From: Gammaproteobacteria bacterium
GTDB lineage: Bacteria; Pseudomonadota; Gammaproteobacteria; Natronospirales; REEB76
Length of the DNA stretch: 64,000 nt
Direction of reading: 5' to 3'
NCBI GenBank assembly: GCA_049591615.1
Contig: JBAWFD010000101.1
Location: forward strand, 22,882-86,881
Shown: positions 10,628 to 20,572 of the stretch, piece after piece
Position numbering within the stretch: the stretch's first letter is position 1
Layout: every line of letters begins with the position of its first letter
The notes under the pieces: generated by a model
Database searches by the model: none
Seen by the model: only the letters and a program-made list of their open reading frames with translations
Told to the model about the DNA's origin: nothing
Position numbers and translations under genes: made by a program

Positions 10628-11614
10628 ATGTCAGCTCAGCGGCAACGCATTGCACTCACTACCGGTGAACCGGCTGGCATTGGTCCGGATATCTGCATTC
10701 AACTTGCGCAATCCGCGCATGCTGTCGACCTCATCGCCATCGGTGATGCAGAGTTGCTACTGGCGCGCGCGCGCGCCCTGCAGATGCCGCTGATAGTCAC
10801 GCCCTACAACCGGTCTGAAAGCAATCTACAACAGGCCGGCCAACTGCGGGTATTGTCGTTAAAAGCATCGGCGCCAGTAAGAACTGGCTCACCTGATCCC
10901 GCCAATAGCCGCTATGTTCTGGATAGCCTGGATCGCGCCGTGGATGGCTGCCTAAGTGGCGAATTTGATGCCATGGTCACTGCGCCGGTGCACAAGGGCG
11001 TTATCAATGAAGCCGGCATTCCATTCACTGGCCATACAGAATACTTGGCAGCACGCTGCAAATCCCGGGCCCCAGTCATGCTGCTTGCTACCAATAGCTT
11101 GCGCGTCGCACTGGCTACGACACACCTGCCTTTATCGCAAGTGCCAAGTGCGATAAGCCAAGCGATGCTGATGCGTACTCTGCGCACACTGCATGCCGAT
11201 CTGCAAAAACGCTTTGATATTCAACAGCCGCATATTCTGGTATTGGGGCTCAATCCGCATGCCGGTGAAGGCGGTCATCTGGGTCGCGAAGAAATCGAAA
11301 TTATCACGCCAGCCCTGGAGGCTCTGCGTACGCAAAATATGCATCTTACCGGTCCGGTGGCTGCTGATACTGCATTCAGTACCGAGCATCTGATGGGTGT
11401 GGATGCTGTGCTTGCTATGTACCACGACCAGGGATTGCCGGTACTGAAACAAGCCGGCTTTGGCCAGGCGGTGAACATCACCCTCGGCCTGCCCATCATC
11501 CGCACCTCGGTCGATCACGGTACAGCACTGGAGCTGGCAGGTACCGGTCGGGCGAAACACACCAGTCTCGAAGCCGCCCTCCGCATGGCCGTCGAATTGA
11601 GCCAGCGAAAGTGA
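10628..11614 (+). CDS. pdxA: 4-hydroxythreonine-4-phosphate dehydrogenase
   Basis: IALTTGEPAGIGPD, TGHTEYL, LNPHAGEGG and SVDHGTA motifs. Confidence 0.92.
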   Translation: MSAQRQRIALTTGEPAGIGPDICIQLAQSAHAVDLIAIGDAELLLARARALQMPLIVTPYNRSESNLQQAGQLRVLSLKASAPVRTGSPDPANSRYVLDSLDRAVDGCLSGEFDAMVTAPVHKGVINEAGIPFTGHTEYLAARCKSRAPVMLLATNSLRVALATTHLPLSQVPSAISQAMLMRTLRTLHADLQKRFDIQQPHILVLGLNPHAGEGGHLGREEIEIITPALEALRTQNMHLTGPVAADTAFSTEHLMGVDAVLAMYHDQGLPVLKQAGFGQAVNITLGLPIIRTSVDHGTALELAGTGRAKHTSLEAALRMAVELSQRK

Positions 11615-12405
11615 TACAACGCGACAGGTCAAGACCATTTCAAGCGCGCAAACGTTTCGGTCAGCATTTCCTGCATGATCGCAACGTCATCAACAAAATC
11701 CTGCTGGCCATCGATCCACAGCCGCACGATGTACTCGTGGAAATCGGCCCCGGCATGGGCGCCATTACCCTGCCGCTGCTGGAACGTTGCGGGGCATTGA
11801 CCGCCGTAGAACTGGATCGCGACGTGATCCCTGCGCTACAAGCAGCCGCCAAAGACAAGGGTGATTTGCGTCTCATTCAGGCCGACGCATTGAAAACCGA
11901 CTTTCATACTCTCACGCCAGAAGGATGCAAACTCCGGCTGGTGGGTAACCTGCCCTACAATATCTCCACGCCTCTGCTGTTTCACTGCCTAGACCAGATA
12001 GATGTGATTGCTGATATGCATTTCATGCTGCAGAAGGAGGTCGTGCAGCGCATGGCGGCACAGCCGGGCAGCAAGGATTATGGACGGCTCACGGTCATGC
12101 TGGCAGTGCGCTGCCGGGTGGAACCACTGCTCAACATTGGCGCGGGTGCATTTAAGCCGCCACCCAGGGTGGAATCCGCCTTCGTACGCCTGATACCCTA
12201 TGCACAAGCACCGTTCCCTTTGGGCGATACTGCACGCTTTAAAACCCTGGTCAATCAAGCTTTCAGCCGGCGGCGCAAGACCTTGCGCAATGCTCTCTTG
12301 GGTCTGGTGGACGAATCCGCCATCCGCCGAGCTGGCTTGGACCCTGCGGTACGACCCGAAACCTTGAGCGCCGCCGATTACGCGCATCTGGCTGATGGTA
12401 TATAA
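11611..12405 (+). CDS. rsmA: 16S rRNA (adenine1518/1519-N6) dimethyltransferase
   Basis: FGQHFLHD, VEIGPGMGAIT and GNLPYNISTP motifs. GTGA overlap with pdxA. Confidence 0.92.
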   Translation: MIQRDRSRPFQARKRFGQHFLHDRNVINKILLAIDPQPHDVLVEIGPGMGAITLPLLERCGALTAVELDRDVIPALQAAAKDKGDLRLIQADALKTDFHTLTPEGCKLRLVGNLPYNISTPLLFHCLDQIDVIADMHFMLQKEVVQRMAAQPGSKDYGRLTVMLAVRCRVEPLLNIGAGAFKPPPRVESAFVRLIPYAQAPFPLGDTARFKTLVNQAFSRRRKTLRNALLGLVDESAIRRAGLDPAVRPETLSAADYAHLADGI

Positions 12406-12481
12406 CTCCCGAGACTGAGATGCTTGCAATAGGCGCTGTCAGAGCTTAAAACGTCCTATCCAGAAAATCAGGAAGTGCCGT

Positions 12482-12916
12482 ATGAGCGTCTATAGCCAAG
12501 TCATGGTTGCCGTGGACCTGACCGAAGACAGTACTGCTGTGGCCCGCCGTGGGCACGCGTTGGCCACCCTTTGTGAAGCCAACCTGAGCTTTGTACATGT
12601 GGTGGAATTCATACCGGTGGATCCGGCCGGTGAAGCCCTGCTGCCGCCGCCCGTGGACTTGGAAGGTGAGCTGGTACAAGGCGCCCGCCAACGGTTGGAT
12701 GCCCTTTGCGACAACCTGGGCCTGCAAAAGACGCGCCGTCGGGTGGAAGTAGGCAACATCAAGGCCGAGATCCTGCGGGTTGCAACTGAGGAACGGGCCG
12801 ATTGTCTGGTGCTGGGCAGCCATGGGCGCCACGGTCTGGCACTACTGCTCGGCTCCACGGAGAAATCCCTGCTGCATAAGGCTCCTTGCGATGTACTGGC
12901 GGTGCGTTTGAGCTGA
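12482..12916 (+). CDS. Universal stress protein (UspA family)
   Basis: VMVAVDLTEDS...ADCLVLGSHGRHG...LLGSTEKSLLHKAPCDVLAV is the canonical Usp layout. Confidence 0.8.
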   Translation: MSVYSQVMVAVDLTEDSTAVARRGHALATLCEANLSFVHVVEFIPVDPAGEALLPPPVDLEGELVQGARQRLDALCDNLGLQKTRRRVEVGNIKAEILRVATEERADCLVLGSHGRHGLALLLGSTEKSLLHKAPCDVLAVRLS

Positions 12917-13014
12917 GCACACACCCATCTGTCATTAATTTACTGACAGCAAGCCGTTGGTTTTCGATAAAATAAGGCTTGCCAATCAAATCTCATGCCC
13001 TATCCATGATCGAG

Positions 13015-13389
13015 ATGTCCATCAATAATATCCATGTGGATGTAGAAACAGCTTTTGTGCCGGCCCAATCGGACCCTGGCCAGAACCGCTTTGTATTCGC
13101 CTATACCATCACTATCCGTAATCAGGGCTCATTACCGGCCAAACTCCTGACCCGCCACTGGCTAATCACCGATGCCAACGGCAAGGTGCAGGAGGTACGC
13201 GGTGAAGGTGTCGTGGGCGAACAACCGCATTTGAAGCCCGGAGAAGGTTTTCGTTATTCCAGTGGCGCGATACTGGAGACTCCGGTGGGAGCCATGCAGG
13301 GTGCCTACCAACTGGTGAACGACCAAGGCGAACATTTCGATGCCCCCATAGCACCCTTCCGGCTCGCGGTGCCAGGCTTACTGCACTGA
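13015..13389 (+). CDS. apaG: ApaG (DUF525) protein
   Basis: [13 protein letters not shown]...[28 protein letters not shown]. Start is the ATG at 13015 or 13006; the TTG at 12979 is unlikely. Confidence 0.85.
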   Translation: MSINNIHVDVETAFVPAQSDPGQNRFVFAYTITIRNQGSLPAKLLTRHWLITDANGKVQEVRGEGVVGEQPHLKPGEGFRYSSGAILETPVGAMQGAYQLVNDQGEHFDAPIAPFRLAVPGLLH

Positions 13390-14243
13390 TGGCAGTTTTC
13401 GCCGTCGGTGACGTCCAGGGCTGTTACGACGATCTGCAACGGTTGCTGGAGCGTCTTAACTTCAATCCGGAGGATGATACGCTGTGGTTAACCGGTGATC
13501 TGGTCAACCGCGGACCGCAATCTCTGGAGGTTTTGCGCTTCGTTAAGAGCCTGGGCAAAGGCGCCGTCTCGGTGCTCGGCAATCATGATCTGCACTTGCT
13601 GGCGCTTGCGGCCGGTATCGATAAACCCAAGCCCACCGACAGTCTGGATGCGGTGCTGACTGCTTCTGACCGAGATGAATTGCTGGACTGGCTGCGCCAC
13701 CGGCCATTGTTACACCAGGACCAAGCCTTGGGTTACACGCTGATCCATGCGGGACTGCCGCCCCAATGGGATTCTGCGATTGCGCAAGCCTGTGCGAACG
13801 AACTTGAGTACGTGCTGCGTGGCCATGATTACCTGGAATTCTTCAGGCACATGTATGGTAACCGTCCAAATCGCTGGTCTGATGCATTGCAAGGTATGGA
13901 ACGGTTGCGCTTCATCGTGAACTGCTTCACGCGCTTGCGTTACTGCACGCCGCAAGGCGCACTGGATCTGGCATCCAAAGGTGCCCCCGGAACACAACCT
14001 CAGGGCTACCTGCCCTGGTTCATGGTTCCGGAGCGCGCCAGTGCCGAATTGCACATCCTCTTCGGTCACTGGTCAGCCTTAGGCGAGATCAAGGGTCATA
14101 ATGTCTATCCGTTGGATACCGGCTGTGTCTGGGGTGGAAAACTATCCGCCCTGCGGCTCGATGGTGACGACAGTGGTAGCTGGTATTGCGTGGACTGTCC
14201 CGGCGCCCGGGAGCAGGCTGAAACGCAGTACTTTAGAATCTGA
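13389..14243 (+). CDS. apaH: Bis(5'-nucleosyl)-tetraphosphatase (symmetrical)
   Basis: AVGDVQGCYDDL, GDLVNRGP and GNHD metallophosphatase motifs. 1-nt overlap with apaG. Confidence 0.9.
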   Translation: MAVFAVGDVQGCYDDLQRLLERLNFNPEDDTLWLTGDLVNRGPQSLEVLRFVKSLGKGAVSVLGNHDLHLLALAAGIDKPKPTDSLDAVLTASDRDELLDWLRHRPLLHQDQALGYTLIHAGLPPQWDSAIAQACANELEYVLRGHDYLEFFRHMYGNRPNRWSDALQGMERLRFIVNCFTRLRYCTPQGALDLASKGAPGTQPQGYLPWFMVPERASAELHILFGHWSALGEIKGHNVYPLDTGCVWGGKLSALRLDGDDSGSWYCVDCPGAREQAETQYFRI

Positions 14244-14245
14244 TT

Positions 14246-15055
14246 ATGGCCAGCAGTACCTCCATCATGAATCTGCGCCTCGACGGCAAACAGGCACTGG
14301 TCTGCGGTGCGAGTCAGGGCATCGGTGCAGCTGCCGGTCGCGCCCTGGCGGAACTGGGCGTCAACGTCACACTGGTGGCGCGTTCGCGAGACAAGCTGGA
14401 AGCAATCCTGGCGCAACTCACCACCGGCAGCGGCCAGCGGCATGACTATTTCATTGCCGATTTCGACCAGCCGGAGACGCTCAAGACGGCGCTTGGCCTG
14501 TGGCTGAAGAATCACGCGCAGGCACATATCCTCATCAATAATTCCGGCGGCCCACCCGGCGGATCCGCCCATGCCGCGAGTATCGAAGAATATCAAAAAG
14601 CCTTCATGCGTTTCATGCTCTGCGGTCAGATGCTAGTGCAAGCGGTGCTGCCCGGTATGCAAAAATCAGGCTATGGTCGCATCATCAATGTGATTTCTAC
14701 ATCGGTGAAGGAACCTATCAAGGGACTGGGTGTGTCGAACACCATCCGCTGGGCAGTGGCAGGTTGGGCCAAGACCCTGGCCAGCGAGCTCGGACCTCAC
14801 GGCATCACGGTCAACAACATCCTGCCCGGCTTCACCCGTACACCCCGAATCGCCAGCTTGTTCAAGGCGCGTGCGGAAAAAGAACAACGCACCGTCTCTG
14901 ATATCGAAAAGGAAGCCATGTCACTGATCCCGCTGAGGCGGTTCGCAGAGCCTGAGGAGATCGCCGCCGCCATCGCCTTCCTGGCCTCACCTGCCGCGAG
15001 CTATATCAATGGCATCAACCTGCCGGTGGATGGTGGTCGTCTCCAAAGCCTCTAG
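14246..15055 (+). CDS. Short-chain dehydrogenase/reductase family protein with an atypical active-site region
   Basis: ALVCGASQGIGAA Rossmann motif, NNSGG and PG...T. By eye the YxxxK position reads S-N-T-I-R. Starts 2 nt after the apaH stop and ends 1 nt before the next gene. Confidence 0.7.
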   Translation: MASSTSIMNLRLDGKQALVCGASQGIGAAAGRALAELGVNVTLVARSRDKLEAILAQLTTGSGQRHDYFIADFDQPETLKTALGLWLKNHAQAHILINNSGGPPGGSAHAASIEEYQKAFMRFMLCGQMLVQAVLPGMQKSGYGRIINVISTSVKEPIKGLGVSNTIRWAVAGWAKTLASELGPHGITVNNILPGFTRTPRIASLFKARAEKEQRTVSDIEKEAMSLIPLRRFAEPEEIAAAIAFLASPAASYINGINLPVDGGRLQSL

Positions 15056-15056
15056 C

Positions 15057-16502
15057 ATGCAGAAACTTGCCAACTATATAGATGGTAAAACCCCCCCAGC
15101 GGCTTCGGGCGGCTGGCTTGAAGATTTTGAACCAGCCACCGGCCAGGTGTATGCGCATTGCCCTGATTCCGAAAAGGCCGATATAGACAATGCTGTCGCC
15201 GCTGCCCAGCATACCTTCCCGGCCTGGTCAGCCACGCCTGCGGCCGAGCGCGGCGAGAGGCTGCACAGACTCGCGGCGTTAATCGAACGCGATCTCGAAA
15301 AGCTGTCGCATGCTGAGAGCAAGGACTCTGGCAAACCCATCGCCCTCGCCCGCAGCCTGGATATCCCCCGGGCCGTAACCAACCTGCGTTTCTTTGCCGC
15401 CGCCGCCAGCCAGTTCGCCAGCGAATCGCATGCCATGGAATCCGGCGCCATCAACTATACGCTGCGCCCACCCCTGGGCGTGGTCGGCTGCATCTCGCCC
15501 TGGAACCTGCCGCTGTACCTGTTCACCTGGAAGATTGCTCCGGCACTCGCGGCCGGTAACTGCGTAGTGGCGAAACCTTCTGAACTTACGCCTATGACCG
15601 CCTATCTGTTCTCGGAACTCTGCATCGAAGCCGATCTGCCGCCCGGCGTGCTCAATGTTGTGCACGGCCTCGGGTCAAAAGCCGGTACGGCCCTGGTTGA
15701 ACATCCGCAGGTGAAGGCTATCTCCTTCACTGGTGGCACCCGGACCGGCGCCGACATCGCCGCTCGTGCGGGACCCAAGTTCAAGAAGTTGTCACTGGAA
15801 CTGGGCGGCAAGAACCCGACCCTGGTGTTCGCCGACTGTGATTTCGAAACCACGGTGTCGGAAACTGTGCGAGCAGCGTTCTCCAATCAGGGTGAGATCT
15901 GCCTGTGCGGCTCACGCATACTTATCGAACGCAGCCTGTATGCGCGCTTTCGCGACGCATTCGTGGCGCGCGCCCGTAGCTTGCGTCAGGGCGATCCAAA
16001 AGATGAGCGTACTGAACAAGGCGCGTTGATCTCCGCGGCACATCTGCAAAAAGTCATGGGATACGTCGAGCTCGCCCAGAAAGAGGGTGGAAAGATCCTG
16101 TGCGGAGGTCGGCGTGCAAAACTCGGCGGCCGCTGCGCCGACGGTTGGTTCGTGGAGCCGACAGTCATCGAAAACCTGGCGTCAGATTGCCGCACTAACC
16201 AGGAAGAAATCTTCGGCCCGGTGGTCACGCTGATTCCTTTCGACACCGAAGACCAAGCCGTTGCTTACGCCAATGGGACGCCTTACGGCCTCGCTGCCTC
16301 TCTCTGGAGCCGCGATATAGCGCGCTGCCACCGCGTAGCCGCGAGGCTGGAAGCTGGTCTCATCTGGATCAACTGCTGGATGCTGCGCGACCTGCGCGTG
16401 CCTATGGGCGGCGTGAAGCAGTCCGGTACCGGTCGTGAAGGCGGCTGGGAAGCCATGCGCTTCTTCACAGAAGCGCGCAACATCTGCATCAAGTATGAAT
16501 AA
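15057..16502 (+). CDS. NAD-dependent aldehyde dehydrogenase, probably 2-aminomuconate-6-semialdehyde dehydrogenase
   Basis: ALDH motifs ELGGKNP and EICLCGSR (catalytic Cys) and EEIFGPV. Context between the RidA, HAAO and ACMSD genes. Confidence 0.75.
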   Translation: MQKLANYIDGKTPPAASGGWLEDFEPATGQVYAHCPDSEKADIDNAVAAAQHTFPAWSATPAAERGERLHRLAALIERDLEKLSHAESKDSGKPIALARSLDIPRAVTNLRFFAAAASQFASESHAMESGAINYTLRPPLGVVGCISPWNLPLYLFTWKIAPALAAGNCVVAKPSELTPMTAYLFSELCIEADLPPGVLNVVHGLGSKAGTALVEHPQVKAISFTGGTRTGADIAARAGPKFKKLSLELGGKNPTLVFADCDFETTVSETVRAAFSNQGEICLCGSRILIERSLYARFRDAFVARARSLRQGDPKDERTEQGALISAAHLQKVMGYVELAQKEGGKILCGGRRAKLGGRCADGWFVEPTVIENLASDCRTNQEEIFGPVVTLIPFDTEDQAVAYANGTPYGLAASLWSRDIARCHRVAARLEAGLIWINCWMLRDLRVPMGGVKQSGTGREGGWEAMRFFTEARNICIKYE

Positions 16503-16917
16503 GCGCAGCAAGATAGCATCCACCAACGCACCAGAGCCGGTCGGGCTTTATCCGCATGCGCGGCGCGTCGGTGATCTGCTGTTCCTCTCCGGTGTAGGCC
16601 CGCGCAAGCGCGGCAGCAAAGATATCCCCGGTGTGAAGCTCGACGCCCATGGAAATGTCCTCAGTTATGAAATCGAGGCCCAGTGCCATTCGGTGTTCGA
16701 GAATGTGCGCCTGATACTGGAAGATGCCGGTTCTGGCTGGGACCGGCTGGTGGACGTGTGCGTATTCCTCACCGACATGCGGCGCGACTTCGTCACCTAC
16801 AACCGAATCTACGCCGAATACTTCAAAGATAACCAGCCCTGTCGCACCACGGTGGAAGTGACAGCGCTGCCGACGCCCATCGCCATCGAACTCAAATGCA
16901 TTGCCACGATTGACTGA
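16495..16917 (+). CDS. RidA/YjgF-family deaminase, putative 2-aminomuconate deaminase
   Basis: [25 protein letters not shown]...CRTTVEV RidA signature. 8-nt overlap with the ALDH gene. Confidence 0.7.
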   Translation: MNKRSKIASTNAPEPVGLYPHARRVGDLLFLSGVGPRKRGSKDIPGVKLDAHGNVLSYEIEAQCHSVFENVRLILEDAGSGWDRLVDVCVFLTDMRRDFVTYNRIYAEYFKDNQPCRTTVEVTALPTPIAIELKCIATID

Positions 16918-16934
16918 GATTTGGGGAGGACGCC

Positions 16935-17456
16935 ATGAGCGCCATGAACGTACTCAATTTCCATAAATGGATCGACGACAACCGTCATCTGCTAAAGCCG
17001 CCAGTCGGCAACAAATGCGTCTATGACGGCGACTTCATCGTCATGGTGGTGGGTGGGCCCAATTCCCGCAAGGACTATCACTACGACGAAGGTCCGGAAT
17101 TCTTTCATCAGATCGAAGGTGAGATGCTGCTGAAGACCATGCAGGGTGGCAGGCCGGTCGATTACCCTATCCGCGCCGGCGAGATATTCCTGCTGCCGCC
17201 ACGCGTGCCGCATTCACCACAGCGTTTCGCCAACTCCGTTGGCCTCGTAATCGAGCGCAAGCGTCTGCCTGACGAACAGGATGGGCTGCTGTGGTTCTGC
17301 GAACGATGCCACAGCAAACTCTATGAGGAATACTTCAGACTGCTGAACATCGAGAAGGATTTCCCGCCGGTGTTTGACCGGTTCTTCGGCAACCTGGAGT
17401 ATCGCACCTGCAAAAAATGCGGTGCCGTGATGGATGCGCCGGACAAGAAAAAATAA
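16935..17456 (+). CDS. nbaC: 3-hydroxyanthranilate 3,4-dioxygenase
   Basis: Cupin core [18 protein letters not shown]...[16 protein letters not shown] and a C-terminal CERC...CKKC rubredoxin-like site. GGGGAGGA SD upstream. Confidence 0.9.
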   Translation: MSAMNVLNFHKWIDDNRHLLKPPVGNKCVYDGDFIVMVVGGPNSRKDYHYDEGPEFFHQIEGEMLLKTMQGGRPVDYPIRAGEIFLLPPRVPHSPQRFANSVGLVIERKRLPDEQDGLLWFCERCHSKLYEEYFRLLNIEKDFPPVFDRFFGNLEYRTCKKCGAVMDAPDKKK

Positions 17457-17459
17457 CAC

Positions 17460-18470
17460 ATGCTGAAGATAGACATCCACACCCACATCCTGCCCAGCAA
17501 CTGGCCGGACCTGAAGGAAAAATACGGCTACGGCGGTTTCGTGCAGCTGCATCACCACGGTCCAGGTTGCGCACGCCTGCTGAAAGACGGTGAATTTTTC
17601 CGGGAGGTGCAAGCCAATTGCTGGGATGGCGAGGTCCGGCTGCGCGAATGCGCTGCCCATGGAGTGGGCGTGCAGGTATTGTCCACCGTACCGGTGATGT
17701 TCAGCTATTGGGCAAAGCCCAAAGATACCTTGGACCTGTCCCGCCTGTTGAACGATCACATCGCCGGCCTGGTGGCAGAACACCCGCGCCGCTTCGTCGG
17801 CCTCGGCACACTGCCACTGCAATCACCGGAGCTGGCCATCCGCGAACTGCAACGTTGCATCCAAGAGCTGGGATTTCCTGGTGTACAGATCGGCACGCAT
17901 GTGAACGGCATGAACCTGGACGATCCGCAGCTGTTTCCGGTGTTCGAAGCCGCCCAGGAACTGGGTGCTGCAGTCTTCGTGCATCCCTGGGACATGCTCG
18001 GCAAGGAGCGTATGCGCAAATACTGGACACCGTGGCTGGTGGCCATGCCGGCGGAGACCTCATTGGCCGTGTGCTCGATGATCTTCGGTGGCATATTCGA
18101 ACGTCTGCCCAAACTGCGTGTGTGTTTCGCCCATGGGGGTGGTGCATTTCCTGCCACCCTGGGGCGCATCGAGCATGGCTTCCAGGTGCGTCCCGATTTG
18201 TGCGCCGTGGACAACAGCATCAATCCCGCAAATTATCTCGGCAAGTTTTATGTGGATTCATTGGTGCATCACGCGGGCATGTTGAACTATATGATCGATC
18301 TCCTGGGTGCGAACAGCATCGCACTCGGCAGCGACTATCCATTTCCCCTGGGTGAACATATGCCGGGCCAGCTCATCGAATCCATGCCGCTTGACACCGA
18401 GACCAAACAGCGGCTTTTGCATGGTACCGCTCTGGAGTGGTTGCGGCTCGATAAGGCGCAGTACCTGTGA
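17460..18470 (+). CDS. nbaD: 2-amino-3-carboxymuconate-6-semialdehyde decarboxylase (amidohydrolase family)
   Basis: IDIHTHILP...FVHPWDM...FAHGGGAFP...[10 protein letters not shown]. Confidence 0.85.
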   Translation: MLKIDIHTHILPSNWPDLKEKYGYGGFVQLHHHGPGCARLLKDGEFFREVQANCWDGEVRLRECAAHGVGVQVLSTVPVMFSYWAKPKDTLDLSRLLNDHIAGLVAEHPRRFVGLGTLPLQSPELAIRELQRCIQELGFPGVQIGTHVNGMNLDDPQLFPVFEAAQELGAAVFVHPWDMLGKERMRKYWTPWLVAMPAETSLAVCSMIFGGIFERLPKLRVCFAHGGGAFPATLGRIEHGFQVRPDLCAVDNSINPANYLGKFYVDSLVHHAGMLNYMIDLLGANSIALGSDYPFPLGEHMPGQLIESMPLDTETKQRLLHGTALEWLRLDKAQYL

Positions 18471-19243
18471 ATATCCTGCGTTTTGAAATCGGCAACCATC
18501 ATTGCAGCGTGGACACGGCGCGTGGTGTATCGCTGGCGATACCCCTGCAGTTCGACGGTCCACAGCCCAACTTTTTCGCGGCACCCACCGCCAGTGCCGA
18601 AGCGCTGCAGACGGATGACTTCATCGGCGATACCCATCAGGGTGGCAGCTGCAATGTCAGCCATTACCACCTGGTCCCCCACTGCAATGGCACGCACACG
18701 GAATGCATCGGTCACGTGGTGGACGATGCCGCCACCGTGACCGAGCAGCTGCGTCAATCACTGCTGCCGGCCACCCTGGTCACGCTTGCGCCGCGTCATA
18801 ACCTCATCGATGCGGCGCTGATCAAGATGAGCCTGCAGCATCATCCGATGCCCGAACTGCATACGGCCTTCATCATCCGCACCCTGCCCAACACCCGGGA
18901 AAAGCTCTCACACCGGTACGATGTTGTGCCGCCGGCGTATCTGGCTGAAGAAGCCGTAGGCTTGCTGGTGGCTGCCGGCGTCGAACACCTGCTGGTGGAT
19001 CTGCCATCCCTCGATCCCATGCACGACGAGGGACGGCTGGCGGCACACCGCGCTTTCTGGGGCTTGCCCGCCAGCAGCCGACGCCTAGCCGATGCCAAGC
19101 GGCCGCGCGCCACCATCACCGAGATGATCTATGTGCCCGATCAGGTCAAGGACGGCTACTACCTGCTGGACCTGCAGATCCCGGCGTTCATGAGTGACGC
19201 TGCACCCAGCCGACCTGTAATCTATCCGGTAGAAATGAAATGA
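18467..19243 (+). CDS. Cyclase-family protein, putative kynurenine formamidase with a variant metal motif
   Basis: [12 protein letters not shown] resembles the cyclase/KynB HxGTHxDxPxH motif with D->E and P->I. ATGA-type overlaps with both neighbours. Confidence 0.5.
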   Translation: MNILRFEIGNHHCSVDTARGVSLAIPLQFDGPQPNFFAAPTASAEALQTDDFIGDTHQGGSCNVSHYHLVPHCNGTHTECIGHVVDDAATVTEQLRQSLLPATLVTLAPRHNLIDAALIKMSLQHHPMPELHTAFIIRTLPNTREKLSHRYDVVPPAYLAEEAVGLLVAAGVEHLLVDLPSLDPMHDEGRLAAHRAFWGLPASSRRLADAKRPRATITEMIYVPDQVKDGYYLLDLQIPAFMSDAAPSRPVIYPVEMK

Positions 19244-20520
19244 TCTTCCGCACCGATGCCAAGTTCGCCGCTGAGATGGACCGGTCTGACCCGTTGGCCG
19301 ATTATCGCTACAAATTTCACATTCCAACCTACGAGGATGGCGAAGAAATATATCTATGCGGCAACTCTCTCGGGTTACAGCCGAAAGCCACCGAACGTTA
19401 CCTACATGAGGAACTGGAGGACTGGGCGCGTCTGGGTGTGAAGGGCCATTTCGCCGGACGCCGCCCATGGATGCCTTATCACGAACTGTTCAGCGAGCGC
19501 AGCGCGCGCCTGGTGGGCGCCGAACCGCTGGAAGTCATCAACATGAATTCACTCACCGTCAACCTGCACCTGATGCTGGTGAGTTTCTACCGGCCTACGG
19601 CAGCACGCAACCGCATACTCATCGAGCGCAGCGCCTTTCCCTCCGATCGATACGCGGTGGCATCCCAGATCCGTTTCCACGGCTTCGACCCGGACACCAG
19701 CCTGGTGGAACTCGCATCTGCCGGAGCCCTGCGGACACTGGATATAGATGAGGTGGAGGCCCTCATCCGTGCCGAAGGTGAGCGTCTTGCGCTGGTGATG
19801 CTACCGGGGGTGCAGTACGCCAGCGGCCAGGTATTTGATATGGCACGCATCACGCGCGCGGCCCATGCGGTGGGCGCGGTAGCCGGTTTCGACCTGGCGC
19901 ATGCCGCCGGCAACTTGCCGCTGCAGCTCCACGATTGGGACGTGGATTTTGCCGTATGGTGCAACTACAAATATATGAATGCCGGTCCTGGTGCGGTAGC
20001 CGGCTGCTTCGTGCACGCGCGCCACGCCCGCGCGCTTGAGCTGCCGCGCTTTGCCGGCTGGTGGGGTCACGACAAGGCTACGCGCTTCCGTATGGGTCCG
20101 GAGTTCGTGCCCATGCCCGGCGCGGAAGGCTGGCAGATCAGCAACCCACCAATCCTGGCGCTGGCACCCTTGCTGGCGTCCTTGGAGATCTTCGATGACG
20201 TAGGCATGCCTAAACTGCGGGAGAAATCCCTGCAGCTCAGCGGTTATCTTGAATTCCTGCTGGACCAGCGACTGCCAGAAGCAGTTGAGATACTCACGCC
20301 GCGTAATCCTACCGAACGCGGTTGCCAGCTATCGCTGCGGATCTCAGGCAGCCACAGTCGTGCCAGGGAGATCTTTACGCGCCTGGAGCAGGCCGGCGTG
20401 ACCGCCGACTGGCGCGAACCGGATGTCCTGCGTATTGCTCCGGTGCCGCTCTACAACACTTATGCCGACGTGTACCGCTTCGTGGACATCCTTGATAAGG
20501 TGGTCAGTGACGCGTTATAA
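19240..20520 (+). CDS. kynU: Kynureninase
   Basis: IYLCGNSLGLQPK, DLAHAAGN and the WCNYKYMNAGPG PLP-lysine region. Confidence 0.9.
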   Translation: MIFRTDAKFAAEMDRSDPLADYRYKFHIPTYEDGEEIYLCGNSLGLQPKATERYLHEELEDWARLGVKGHFAGRRPWMPYHELFSERSARLVGAEPLEVINMNSLTVNLHLMLVSFYRPTAARNRILIERSAFPSDRYAVASQIRFHGFDPDTSLVELASAGALRTLDIDEVEALIRAEGERLALVMLPGVQYASGQVFDMARITRAAHAVGAVAGFDLAHAAGNLPLQLHDWDVDFAVWCNYKYMNAGPGAVAGCFVHARHARALELPRFAGWWGHDKATRFRMGPEFVPMPGAEGWQISNPPILALAPLLASLEIFDDVGMPKLREKSLQLSGYLEFLLDQRLPEAVEILTPRNPTERGCQLSLRISGSHSRAREIFTRLEQAGVTADWREPDVLRIAPVPLYNTYADVYRFVDILDKVVSDAL

Positions 20521-20572
20521 AACGCGTACATTAACCCCGCACAAAGATAATTAAAAAATCGCTTTTGTCATT

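Noticed and set aside
17618-18355. A 245-aa ORF in an alternative plus-strand frame inside the ACMSD gene.
   Set aside because: Its sequence is R/P/G-rich and typical of an off-frame reading of a GC-rich gene. The ACMSD frame has the amidohydrolase motifs.
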